64,000 nucleotides of DNA, from positions 704,001 through 768,000 of the forward strand of contig CAWBZI010000006.1 of the NCBI GenBank assembly GCA_963793265.1, written 5' to 3'. The first letter of the stretch is position 1, and each line of letters begins with the position of its first letter. Positions 46,455-55,570 of this stretch are shown piece by piece. Source of the stretch: an uncultured cyanobacterium. Lineage in GTDB: Bacteria; Cyanobacteriota; Cyanobacteriia; Phormidesmidales; Phormidesmidaceae. The notes under the pieces are model-generated. The model was not told the DNA's origin. It made no database searches and saw only the letters and a list, made by a program, of their open reading frames with translations. A program made the translations under genes and the position numbers.

Positions 46455-49391
46455 CTACATTTCTTTATCTTTAAGCAGTTCGCAGATAATCTCTATTAAA
46501 CGGTCAGGATCGACGGGTTTGGCCACATGCCGCTGAAACCCGGCAGATATCACTCGCTGATAGTCTAGCTCAGCAGCGTAGGCAGTCAGGGCAATTGCTG
46601 ATACCTCACCGCCAGCATCCGGCGGCAACGCTCTAATCCGCGTCATCAGCGCACAACCGTCCATGTCGGGCATTCCTACGTCGCTCACGATCATATCTGG
46701 CGGTGAGTGAGCGATCGCGGCGAGTGCTTCAGCCCCAGATGTCACGGCTGTTACCCTCGCATTGGCCGCTTCTAGTGCAAATTTCGTAATCTCTAAAGAG
46801 TCAGGGTCATCATCAACAACCAATATGTCTAAATCGCTTAAATCGTTGTTCACGCTTTCTTTTGCGTCGTTTGGCTGAGTATGGTGTTGAGCAGCCAGCG
46901 GAATTTGCACTGTAAACGTAGCACCTTTGTTCTCACCTTCACTTTCAGCCGTTATTTGGCCGCCATGCAACTCTACTAGCTGCCGCGTGATCGCCAGCCC
47001 CAAGCCCAATCCCCCAAACTGCCGCGTCGCTGAATAGTCTTCCTGACGAAAATGTTCAAACACATAGGGCAAAAACTCAGCGCTAACACCCTGCCCCGTA
47101 TCACTCACCACCATCTGAGCAGCGTTGTCTTGAGCCTGCAAACCCACGCTCACCTGGCCGCCCTCGGGCGTGAATTTCACAGCATTGGAGAGTAAATTCC
47201 AAACGATCTGCTGCAATCTGCCCGCATCGCCAGCCACCCAGCAGGGCGACAGTACTGGCTCAATGGTGATCCCTTTTGCCTCAGCCGCAAGCTGCACGCT
47301 TTCTAAAGCTGATGTCACAACTTCGCTCAGGTCAATCGGACTTTGATCTAGGCTCATTTTGCCGCGCAAGATCCGAGAGATATCTAGCAAATCGTCAATG
47401 AGCTGCACCTGAAGCTTCGCATTGCGCTCAATCGTTTCTATGGCTAAGGCAACTTTCTCTTCTTTAAGCCGACCCCGCTTAAGGAGCTGCGACCAGCCTA
47501 GTATCGGATTCATCGGCGTTCTTAGCTCGTGAGAAACCACCGCCAAAAACTCATCTTTCATCCGATTCGCCCGCTCAGCCGCCTCACGAGCCGACAGCTC
47601 TCGCGCCAAAAGCTGTTCTCGTTCTATCTCTATCTGCTTACGCTCTGTAATATCAGTAATCAGTGCTACAAAGCCTTCTACCTCGCCCGAGTCTGCGAAT
47701 CTTGGTACATACGTGGCGTTGAAGTAGTGGTGATCGCCCTCCTCCCTAAAAATCTGGCTCTCATAGGTTACCTGCTCGCCTGCTAGCACCCTTTCAACAT
47801 AAGGCAAAATTGTCGCATAGGCACTTTCTCCTAGCACCTCTCGCAAGTGCTTTCCATACAGCTCTACGGCTGAGCAATCGAACCACTCTTCGTAGCCCCT
47901 ATTGTTAAAGCGATAGCGCTGATCGGCATCAACAAAAGAGATAAGTACGGGCACCGCGTTGGTAATTAGGCTAAGCTCTGTTTCTCTTTGTTTGAGAGAT
48001 TGTTCTGCGCGTTTGTGATCGCTAATATCCAACACAAACGCTACTGACTCTTCTCTGGCCTCACCTAGCAGGCTATAGCCCACTAGCACCGCCACCCGGC
48101 TACCGTCTTTGCGAATGTACTCCTTTTCGTACGGCGTACAAGCGCCCGTCGCCCGCGCCTCAGCAATGCCCATCTCATCAAGCGGCAGATATTCAGGCGG
48201 GGTTATCTCTGTCCAGCGCAGTCGGCCTGCCACCAAATCTTCTCGGCTATAGCCCACAATTCGCAAAAACTCATCGTTCGCTTCGTTAATCGCGTCGTAC
48301 ACATCACCGAATAAGATGCCAACGACATTCGCTTCTACAAAGCTTCTTAGCCGACCCTTGCTAATTTTGAGTGCTTGCTCTGTTTGCTGGCGATGGGTGT
48401 TGGCAGCGGCGGTGGTGAGATAGGCAGCGATCGCATCAAAAAAAGCGCTGTAGTCAGCATTCAACGGAATCGCTGGATTGACGCCCAATAGCAGCAGCGC
48501 CGCCACCGACTTACGCCCCGCCGTCCATATTGGCAACACCTTAGCCCGAGTCACTGGCAAATCAAAAACGCCTGTCGGCCCTAGTCCATCGAACCGCTCT
48601 GTCACCTCGCCAATGCCTAAGCTGCTACGGGTATGCAGCACATGCTCAAAAGACCAGGGATCAGCGATCGCAAAATCTATCAGTCTCGGGAATGCTGTAG
48701 CTTCTGCCTCAGCAGATAGCCTGCTGTTTATCTTTTTGCCACAGAGTACAGCCTTACTTTTAGCAGGATTTAAGCGATACAGCGCGGCAAATGGAATATC
48801 TAGCGCATCACCGGCAAACGTCTCAATCATTGAGCGGTAAATATCATCTAGCGCTTTGCCCTCGTTGGGCTGAGCCGACAGCGCTGTTAGCAGCGAGAGT
48901 CTTCTTTCACTCAAAATCTGCTTTGTCGTTTCAGCGACCACCGCAAAAACGCCGCCTGCTCTACCGTTAGATAGTAATATCGGACTATGAGAATACGTCC
49001 AGTAAGATTCTTCTAAAAAGCCAGCGCTCATCACCGGAATCTGCATATTCTCCGACCGATTCGCCTGCTGGGTTTCAAACGCGCTGCTGATTTGTGGCCC
49101 GATCGCTGGCCAACTAGCAGATAGTGCAACCTCGCCTGGCACACCTAGCGTCTGCGGATGAAGATTCAATACGGACTGCAATGCATCGTTATACAGCAAC
49201 CGAAAGTTCGGCCCCCATAAAATTGCCATGGGAAACTGAGCATTCAAACAAATATTGACGGCTGTCTTAAGGCTATAGGGCCAGTCGGCTACCGGCCCAA
49301 AAGACGTATTGGCCCAGTCGTACGACGCCATGAGTGCGCTAATTTTGCCACCGCCAACAAATATATTCTCAACCGCTGCGTTGGCATTCAT
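46455..49391 (-). CDS. Hybrid histidine kinase (PAS/GAF-like, PAS x2, HisKA, HATPase, REC)
   Basis: SHELRTPM, NLLSNAVKFT, GGLGLGL, receiver VVDDD...SDVGMP...KP. ATG 49391 preferred. Confidence 0.93.
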   Translation of the reverse strand: MNANAAVENIFVGGGKISALMASYDWANTSFGPVADWPYSLKTAVNICLNAQFPMAILWGPNFRLLYNDALQSVLNLHPQTLGVPGEVALSASWPAIGPQISSAFETQQANRSENMQIPVMSAGFLEESYWTYSHSPILLSNGRAGGVFAVVAETTKQILSERRLSLLTALSAQPNEGKALDDIYRSMIETFAGDALDIPFAALYRLNPAKSKAVLCGKKINSRLSAEAEATAFPRLIDFAIADPWSFEHVLHTRSSLGIGEVTERFDGLGPTGVFDLPVTRAKVLPIWTAGRKSVAALLLLGVNPAIPLNADYSAFFDAIAAYLTTAAANTHRQQTEQALKISKGRLRSFVEANVVGILFGDVYDAINEANDEFLRIVGYSREDLVAGRLRWTEITPPEYLPLDEMGIAEARATGACTPYEKEYIRKDGSRVAVLVGYSLLGEAREESVAFVLDISDHKRAEQSLKQRETELSLITNAVPVLISFVDADQRYRFNNRGYEEWFDCSAVELYGKHLREVLGESAYATILPYVERVLAGEQVTYESQIFREEGDHHYFNATYVPRFADSGEVEGFVALITDITERKQIEIEREQLLARELSAREAAERANRMKDEFLAVVSHELRTPMNPILGWSQLLKRGRLKEEKVALAIETIERNAKLQVQLIDDLLDISRILRGKMSLDQSPIDLSEVVTSALESVQLAAEAKGITIEPVLSPCWVAGDAGRLQQIVWNLLSNAVKFTPEGGQVSVGLQAQDNAAQMVVSDTGQGVSAEFLPYVFEHFRQEDYSATRQFGGLGLGLAITRQLVELHGGQITAESEGENKGATFTVQIPLAAQHHTQPNDAKESVNNDLSDLDILVVDDDPDSLEITKFALEAANARVTAVTSGAEALAAIAHSPPDMIVSDVGMPDMDGCALMTRIRALPPDAGGEVSAIALTAYAAELDYQRVISAGFQRHVAKPVDPDRLIEIICELLKDKEM

Positions 49392-49489
49392 CCTTGATGT
49401 AGCTATCGCTATAGTCCTAAAACCATATAAGCCAAAGGGCACATAGCTCCTCTATCTTTTGAAGGATCTGTACTATGGACTTTTCCATC

Positions 49490-49503
49490 AGAACAAATAT
49501 ACT
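49490..49503. promoter_or_regulatory. Candidate cyanobacterial LexA box overlapping the sbcD -10
   Basis: Reverse complement AGTATATTTGTTCT versus consensus RGTACNNNDGTWCB (one mismatch). Overlaps TATACT at 49498-49503. Confidence 0.55.
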
Positions 49504-49545
49504 GAATCTATACGGGCTTCTTAAGTCTCCACACATCCTCCACGT

Positions 49546-50847
49546 ATGGTTAAGATTCTTCACCTGTCAGATATTCATATGGGTAGTGGCTTCAGTCACG
49601 GACGCATCAACCCTAAGACGGGTCTAAATACGCGGCTAGAGGATTTTACGCTGGCACTCAGAAGGTGTGTAGATAGTGCGATCGCTCAGCAAGTAGATCT
49701 CGTTCTCTTTGGCGGCGATGCCTTTCCTGACGCCACCCCACCGCCCTATATTCAACAAGCCTTTGCAACAGAATTCTGCCGCCTGGTTGCCGCAGGGATT
49801 CCGACTGTGCTACTCGTCGGCAACCACGATCAGCACGCCCAGGGTATCGGTGGTGCGAGCCTCTGTATCTACCGCACCCTCGGCGTCCCCGGCTTCATTG
49901 TTGGCGACACCCTCACCACCCATCGCATCGAAACCAAAGCAGGCCCCGTCCAAATTATCACGCTTCCCTGGCTTACCCGTTCCACGCTGCTCACCCGCCC
50001 CGAAACACAAGGACTCTCTATGGGAGAAGTCTCAGAGCTGTTATTAGATCGGCTGCGTGTTGTACTTGAAGCAGAAATTCGCAAGCTTGACAAAGAGATT
50101 CCGACTGTACTGCTTGCGCATTTAATGACAGATACAGCGCGCTATGGCGCAGAGCGATTTTTGGCGGTGGGCAAAGGCTTTACGGTACCAATGGCAATCT
50201 TAGCAAGAGATTGTTTTGACTATATAGCACTGGGTCATGTGCACAAATATCAAGAGGTTTGCAAGTCTCCTTTAGCGATTTATCCAGGCAGCATTGAGCG
50301 CGTAGATTTTAATGAGGAAAAAGAAGATAAAGGCTATATTTTGCTAGAGCTAGAGAAGGGGAAAGCGACGGCTGAGTTCTGTGCTTTACCGGCTAGAGTG
50401 TTTGAGACGTTGGCGGTTGATTTGACCCAAGAAGAGAAGCCGCAGGTGGCTTTGGTGGAGGCGATCGCGCAAGCCACTATCTGCGAGAAAGTCATCCGCC
50501 TAATCTACAAAATCAGAGCCGATCAGGTAGAAGATATTGACAACAACGCTTTAGCAGCAGCCTTAGCAGAAGCCCATAGCTATACCATTCAGCCGCAGCT
50601 CATCAGCCAGCTTTCCAGACCTCGCCTGCCCGAACTTGGCGTAGATAGCTCGCTTTCGCCCATGAGCGCGCTAGAGGCTTATCTAGAAAATAGAGAAGAT
50701 TTGAATACGTTAGCGCCAGATATTCTCGTAGCGGCCCAGGGACTTCTAGCGCAAGATCCTCACGGAGACAAAGCCATCGTTGCCTTAGAAGAAGTTGGCG
50801 AGGCAAGTATAGAGGTAGAAGATACGCGGCAGCTAAGGTTGCTATAG
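49546..50847 (+). CDS. sbcD: Exonuclease SbcCD subunit D
   Basis: LSDIHMG, GGDAF, GNHD, YIALGHVH, YPGSIERVDF.E. Confidence 0.93.
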   Translation: MVKILHLSDIHMGSGFSHGRINPKTGLNTRLEDFTLALRRCVDSAIAQQVDLVLFGGDAFPDATPPPYIQQAFATEFCRLVAAGIPTVLLVGNHDQHAQGIGGASLCIYRTLGVPGFIVGDTLTTHRIETKAGPVQIITLPWLTRSTLLTRPETQGLSMGEVSELLLDRLRVVLEAEIRKLDKEIPTVLLAHLMTDTARYGAERFLAVGKGFTVPMAILARDCFDYIALGHVHKYQEVCKSPLAIYPGSIERVDFNEEKEDKGYILLELEKGKATAEFCALPARVFETLAVDLTQEEKPQVALVEAIAQATICEKVIRLIYKIRADQVEDIDNNALAAALAEAHSYTIQPQLISQLSRPRLPELGVDSSLSPMSALEAYLENREDLNTLAPDILVAAQGLLAQDPHGDKAIVALEEVGEASIEVEDTRQLRLL

Positions 50848-50873
50848 GGTCAAAATACTACTGTCAAAATACT

Positions 50874-50921
50874 ACATAGGAAGCCCGAAGATAAACAATG
50901 TCATCTTCGGGCTTCCTATGT
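50874..50921. terminator. 19-bp perfect hairpin between convergent sbcD and catalase
   Basis: ACATAGGAAGCCCGAAGAT / ATCTTCGGGCTTCCTATGT. Confidence 0.75.
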
Positions 50922-50926
50922 TTACT

Positions 50927-50955
50927 GTAGGGGCATAGCATTGCTATATCCCTAC
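50927..50955. repeat. REP-like palindrome
   Basis: GTAGGGGCATAGCATTGCTATATCCCTAC. Confidence 0.65.
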
Positions 50956-50966
50956 GACTAAGAGCG

Positions 50967-52445
50967 CTACACAGAAGCAGGCTTCGGCTCGGGCTTCGGC
51001 GGCTTCACTTCACTACACGCCGTTGTCACGCGCTCAGCAAAATGCTCGTCTATCTCACGGAACAAAGCAATCTGCCGCTCGCGAATAGAGTCTCTGCACT
51101 TACCTAGAGAGCCACCAATATTGTGAACCAGGCGATCTTTCTCGTCATCGTTCAGCATGTTGTAATACATGCGAGCCTGATCGGCGTAGTCCTTATCCTC
51201 CTCTAAGTTAATCCGATCGGCCATGCCTTCCACCTTGTACGGCGGCGTAGCAGCTCGCTTGTCAGCCTGCGGATACTTGTACTCAGTGGGGTGGTAGTTC
51301 TGACGGCTGCCGTAGTTACCATCTACCCGCATAGAGCCGTCGCGATAAGTCGTGTTGGCCTCCGTAGCATGAGGCTTATTCACCGGAATCGTGTCGTAGT
51401 TTACGCCCAAACGGTAGCGGTGCGCGTCGGCATACGACATAATCCTAGCCTGCAACATGCGATCGGGAGAAGCCGCAATACCCGGCACCATATTGCCAGG
51501 AGAGAAAGCAGCCTGCTCTACTTCAGCAAAGAAGTTCTCAGGATTTCGGTTTAGCTCAAAGCGACCGACTTTTTGCAAAGGGTAGTCTCCATGGGGCCAA
51601 ATCTTAGTGAGATCAAATGGGTTCCACTGGAAGCTTTGCGCTTGCTCATCGGTCATGGTTTGAATGTACATTGTCCACGATGGATAGTTACCTTCATCAA
51701 TGGCATTGAACAAATCCTTTGTCGCCCAGCGAGGCTCTACGCCCTGTAACTTCGTCCACTGCTCTTCAGTGAAGTTTCTAATGCCCTGGTCAGTGAGGAA
51801 GTGAAACTTCACCCAGGTGCGCTCTTCACTGTCGTTAATAAAGCTAAAGGTGTGTGAGCCATAGCCGTTTATATGACGCCAGCCCATCGGGGCACCGCGA
51901 TCGCCCATTAGCCACACGACCTGATGCAAACTCTCGGGTACCTGCGACCAGAAGTCCCACCACATTTCATCCTGTCGCCAGTTGGCTTCAGGATGCTCCT
52001 TTTGCGAGCGAATAAAGTCCATAAACTTCATCGGATCGCGCATGAAAAAGATCGGCGTACCGTTGCCCACCATGTCCCAGTTGCCATCTTCAGTGTAAAA
52101 CTTCACTGAAAAGCCGCGCAGGTCACGGTAGATATCAGAGCCGCCTTTTGACTTTGCCACCGTAGAAAAGCGAGCAAACACTTCTGTCTCTTTGCCCACT
52201 TCGCCAAATAGCTTGGCCTTAGTAAGGTGAGTAATATCGTCAGTCACCGTGAACTTGCCGTATGCGCCTGCACCAATCGCGTGAACAACACGCTCAGGAA
52301 TCCGCTCCCGGTTAAAGTGCGCCATTTTCTCTAGCAAATCGTAGTCCTCCATCAGCAAAGGGCCATACTTGCCCGCTGTTTTGGAAACTTCGTTGTTTGC
52401 AATAGGCACGCCCGCAGCATTTGTCAGCGTATTGTTGTCAGCCAT
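50967..52445 (-). CDS. Monofunctional heme catalase (small subunit)
   Basis: HFNRERIPERVVHA (distal His), RFST, GNWDMVGN, RIMSYADAHRYRLG (proximal Tyr). The usual VGNN reads VGNG. Confidence 0.95.
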   Translation of the reverse strand: MADNNTLTNAAGVPIANNEVSKTAGKYGPLLMEDYDLLEKMAHFNRERIPERVVHAIGAGAYGKFTVTDDITHLTKAKLFGEVGKETEVFARFSTVAKSKGGSDIYRDLRGFSVKFYTEDGNWDMVGNGTPIFFMRDPMKFMDFIRSQKEHPEANWRQDEMWWDFWSQVPESLHQVVWLMGDRGAPMGWRHINGYGSHTFSFINDSEERTWVKFHFLTDQGIRNFTEEQWTKLQGVEPRWATKDLFNAIDEGNYPSWTMYIQTMTDEQAQSFQWNPFDLTKIWPHGDYPLQKVGRFELNRNPENFFAEVEQAAFSPGNMVPGIAASPDRMLQARIMSYADAHRYRLGVNYDTIPVNKPHATEANTTYRDGSMRVDGNYGSRQNYHPTEYKYPQADKRAATPPYKVEGMADRINLEEDKDYADQARMYYNMLNDDEKDRLVHNIGGSLGKCRDSIRERQIALFREIDEHFAERVTTACSEVKPPKPEPKPASV

Positions 52446-52623
52446 AAGAGATTTTAGTTTTGTTGAGTCAGTTTAAAACTTTAAAGGGAGTCCAAACGGC
52501 TAGCCTCTATCAAAGGGGTTGATTGACCTTAGAGGTTAGGACGACTAAACAATTTTTATCAAAACGGGCAACCTAACGGTGGGTCTAGTTCGCCACAAAA
52601 TCACTGTTTGTCGCAGAATCGCT

Positions 52624-53706
52624 ATGGAAGCACAAGTCACCGCTGCTCTAAAAGCTAGTAACTATAAGCAGGCCGCTAAACTGCTTAAGCAGTGGCAGGC
52701 CCAAGATCCTCAAAGTCCGCTGCTAAGACTGTATGCCGGACAGCTACAAGAGCAAACAAATCGGCCTGAGGCCGCTGAAAAAAACTATCTTAAGCTGCTT
52801 AAGCAAACGCCTAATAGCAAGATCATGAATCAGGCGCGGGCGGGCATTGAGCGCATTGCCCGGCAGCGAGAGCATCAGAAGGCAGCGGCGCTGAGCCAGG
52901 CTAAGACGGTGAGTGGGGGTGATGAGATAGCGGTTTTAGCGATCGCCACGCCCCCCGAAGCCAGCCGAGCCCAAGCTATCCAGGGCGTTGCCAATATCTT
53001 CAATCTAGACGCCTACACTGCCCGCATGAAAGTCCCTTCAAGTGGCTTTCGCCTGCACCGCATAGGTTCCTGGGGCGAAATTAACTATTACCAAAAGGCG
53101 CTCGGACAGACAAACGTGCCGACGCTAAGCGCCAAAATCAGCCATATCAAAACGCTACAGACATTCCAGGTCTGCTATTTCGAGGCGTTAACGCCTCAGC
53201 CTGCTGTCATTTGTAAAAATGCAGAAGGTCAGCTCGGGAAGATTGAATTTACCTGGGCAGAAGTAAGCCAGAGGGTGAGCGGTCAGCTACCTATTTTTGA
53301 GCAGGTTGTAGATATTGGCAACTGGGGTAAAACAGTTCACAAAGAGAAAGTGCAAGACTATGTGCAGGTTGTTGATCTTCATTTAAAGGAGAGAGAGATT
53401 GTTGTGAGGCTGTGCGATCGCCTCTACCAATATCAAAAAAGCACTCCTCTTTCCACTACAGCCGATAAAGCAGGCAGTCACAACAAGCTCAACAGCCGTA
53501 TCCAGTGGAATCATCTTCTCACCCACCTTAACCAGTCAATAGAATCCCCCCACCACAGCGACTTCACCCGCTTCGGCAAAGGAGCCCTAGAATTCATCAA
53601 CCTATTACCACCCATTCATCCCAACCTAGATATTGACCGCCGCGCCCCTAGCCACTGGGATCAGGCTTTCCACCTCTACAGCAGCCTTTGCTACTTCAAT
53701 AACTAA
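52624..53706 (+). CDS. TPR-containing cyanobacterial protein
   Basis: N-terminal TPR-like helices (AAKLLKQW...AEKNYLKLL...ARAGIER). ATG 52624. Confidence 0.75.
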   Translation: MEAQVTAALKASNYKQAAKLLKQWQAQDPQSPLLRLYAGQLQEQTNRPEAAEKNYLKLLKQTPNSKIMNQARAGIERIARQREHQKAAALSQAKTVSGGDEIAVLAIATPPEASRAQAIQGVANIFNLDAYTARMKVPSSGFRLHRIGSWGEINYYQKALGQTNVPTLSAKISHIKTLQTFQVCYFEALTPQPAVICKNAEGQLGKIEFTWAEVSQRVSGQLPIFEQVVDIGNWGKTVHKEKVQDYVQVVDLHLKEREIVVRLCDRLYQYQKSTPLSTTADKAGSHNKLNSRIQWNHLLTHLNQSIESPHHSDFTRFGKGALEFINLLPPIHPNLDIDRRAPSHWDQAFHLYSSLCYFNN

Positions 53707-53789
53707 GAAAGTCTAGCAATCCAACGAAAGAACCAGCGAAAGTCTATAATCCATCAAGGACGTAAGTTGGGAAAAAAGGAGTTTTAGCT

Positions 53790-54090
53790 ATGACACAGCA
53801 GCTAGCCGTCGTACTAGAATAAGCAACCGCTCTCTCCTCGAACGATAAGCTTATTCTTATTGCTCACTTAGCACAGCTTACACAGAGCGATATTGAGCAA
53901 GCAGAGCCTATATCCCAAGATGAGCCTAATGTTGTAGACACCAATGCTTCCGATTCAGTGAAGTCCATTGAAGTCCATTTTGGGAATCACAGCAGCCTTC
54001 GCTGCTAATGTGCCCGATGAAGTACTCGCAAAGCTGCCGAGAGATGGCGCAGAGCAACACGATCACTATATCTATGGCACATCCAAAACC
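53790..54090 (+). pseudogene. Disrupted small antitoxin-like gene (LPxDGAEQHDHYIYG family)
   Basis: AAGGAG RBS then ATG 53790; in-frame TAA at codon 11; 10-bp duplication TGAAGTCCAT (53959-53978) shifts the frame. The repaired frame ends ...VPDEVLAKLPRDGAEQHDHYIYGTSKT. Confidence 0.75.
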
Positions 54091-54725
54091 TATCCTTCCC
54101 TCTCTCTGAGAGCTTTAGGCATGTAGGCGCGATCGCCCATTCGCTGCAAAAGCGGCCCATACTTACCAAAGCTCACCACGCTCAAAGACGCTGCTGGGTA
54201 GTCAAGGCGATCGCGATACCGCCCCAAATCAATTCCTAACAAACTGCACAGCACAATCCGCAGCGTCGTCCGATGCGCCACCACCAGCACATTCCCTTCC
54301 GTGTGCTTCTCTTCTATCTCTGCAATCACGGCCATTGCGCGATTACGAATTTCTACCGCTGTCTCGCCGCCCGTTGGCGCATTCCACGCCGGTTCAGTCA
54401 TCCAGTCATAGTTATCATCGCCATAAAGCTCTCTCACTTCGGCCTTGCTCTTACCTTCCCACTCGCCATAGTTACACTCACGCAACCCGTCGCGATACAC
54501 TGGCTCTAGTCCGGTTGCCTGAGCAATCGGTGCAGCCGTTGCCCGCGTCCGCTTCATCGGGCTACAGTAAATTGCTTGCCACTTCAGCGACTTGTACTCG
54601 TCAGCAAATGCCTGTGCCATCTCGCGGCCCGCGTCTGTTAAATCGGCCTCTATGGTGCCGCAGAAGTTGCCGCTCATGCTGAAAGTCGTTTCACCATGTC
54701 GCAGAAAGTAAAGTTTCAGGCTCAT
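54090..54725 (-). CDS. Histidine phosphatase (phosphoglycerate mutase-like)
   Basis: LRHGET, SPMKR, ECNYGEWEG, VAH. Confidence 0.92.
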   Translation of the reverse strand: MSLKLYFLRHGETTFSMSGNFCGTIEADLTDAGREMAQAFADEYKSLKWQAIYCSPMKRTRATAAPIAQATGLEPVYRDGLRECNYGEWEGKSKAEVRELYGDDNYDWMTEPAWNAPTGGETAVEIRNRAMAVIAEIEEKHTEGNVLVVAHRTTLRIVLCSLLGIDLGRYRDRLDYPAASLSVVSFGKYGPLLQRMGDRAYMPKALREREG

Positions 54726-54763
54726 AATGATTGGGGTATGTAGTAGGGCACCTATAGTTTACG

Positions 54764-55570
54764 GTGCTTATTGCAGCAGTGATCGTACAATGTAGTCTTC
54801 ATTCTCATAGCAGTATCGTGACTTCAGAGATTCCAGACACTTCAAAGACATCGGAAGCGACAGAATTTTCTGTTCCGCTAGAGACGGTTGCCGACGTCGA
54901 AGCACCTTCAGAGCCGGTGCTTAAGCCGATTTATTTTATCAGCGGTTTAGGTGCGGATGAACGCATTTTTCAATGGCTACGCTATGACGGATTTAGGCCC
55001 GTTCATATTCACTGGGTACGCCCCGAGAAAAAAGAATCTATCGAAAGCTATGCCGGGCGGCTAAGCACGCAAATAACCGACAAAGATCCGATTATTGTAG
55101 GTCTTTCGTTTGGCGGCATGATTGCTGTTGAACTTGCCAAACAAATTAAAACGGAGAAAGTAGTTCTACTCTCTAGTGTTAAAAAGCGTTCGGAGGTGCC
55201 CTACTATTACAAGCTTTTTAGGGCTTTCCCAATTCATCGGATCTTTCCTTTTAAGAGTGTATTATGGGCGGTCTATGGCATCGCCTACTGGCTGTTCTCG
55301 CCAGAAGGAACAGATGAGAGAGCGCTGCTTAAAATAGTTTTGCAAGAAACCGACCCTCACTTTTTGAAGTGGGCGCTGCATAAGGTTGTTGTTTGGAAAA
55401 ATGATGAGGTGCCAGAGAACTTGGTGCATATTCATGGAATGCGCGATCGCATCTTCCCTTTCTGCTTTGTCTTCCCTGACTACACCGTCGAAAACTGCGG
55501 GCACCTCATGGTCATGAACCGGGCCGAAGAAATTTCTAACCTACTGAAGAAACTGACTCTAGAGGCGTAG
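54764..55570 (+). CDS. Alpha/beta hydrolase
   Basis: ISGLGADE, GLSFGG, HIHG..D, GHLM. The start may be GTG near 54818. Confidence 0.85.
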   Translation: MLIAAVIVQCSLHSHSSIVTSEIPDTSKTSEATEFSVPLETVADVEAPSEPVLKPIYFISGLGADERIFQWLRYDGFRPVHIHWVRPEKKESIESYAGRLSTQITDKDPIIVGLSFGGMIAVELAKQIKTEKVVLLSSVKKRSEVPYYYKLFRAFPIHRIFPFKSVLWAVYGIAYWLFSPEGTDERALLKIVLQETDPHFLKWALHKVVVWKNDEVPENLVHIHGMRDRIFPFCFVFPDYTVENCGHLMVMNRAEEISNLLKKLTLEA

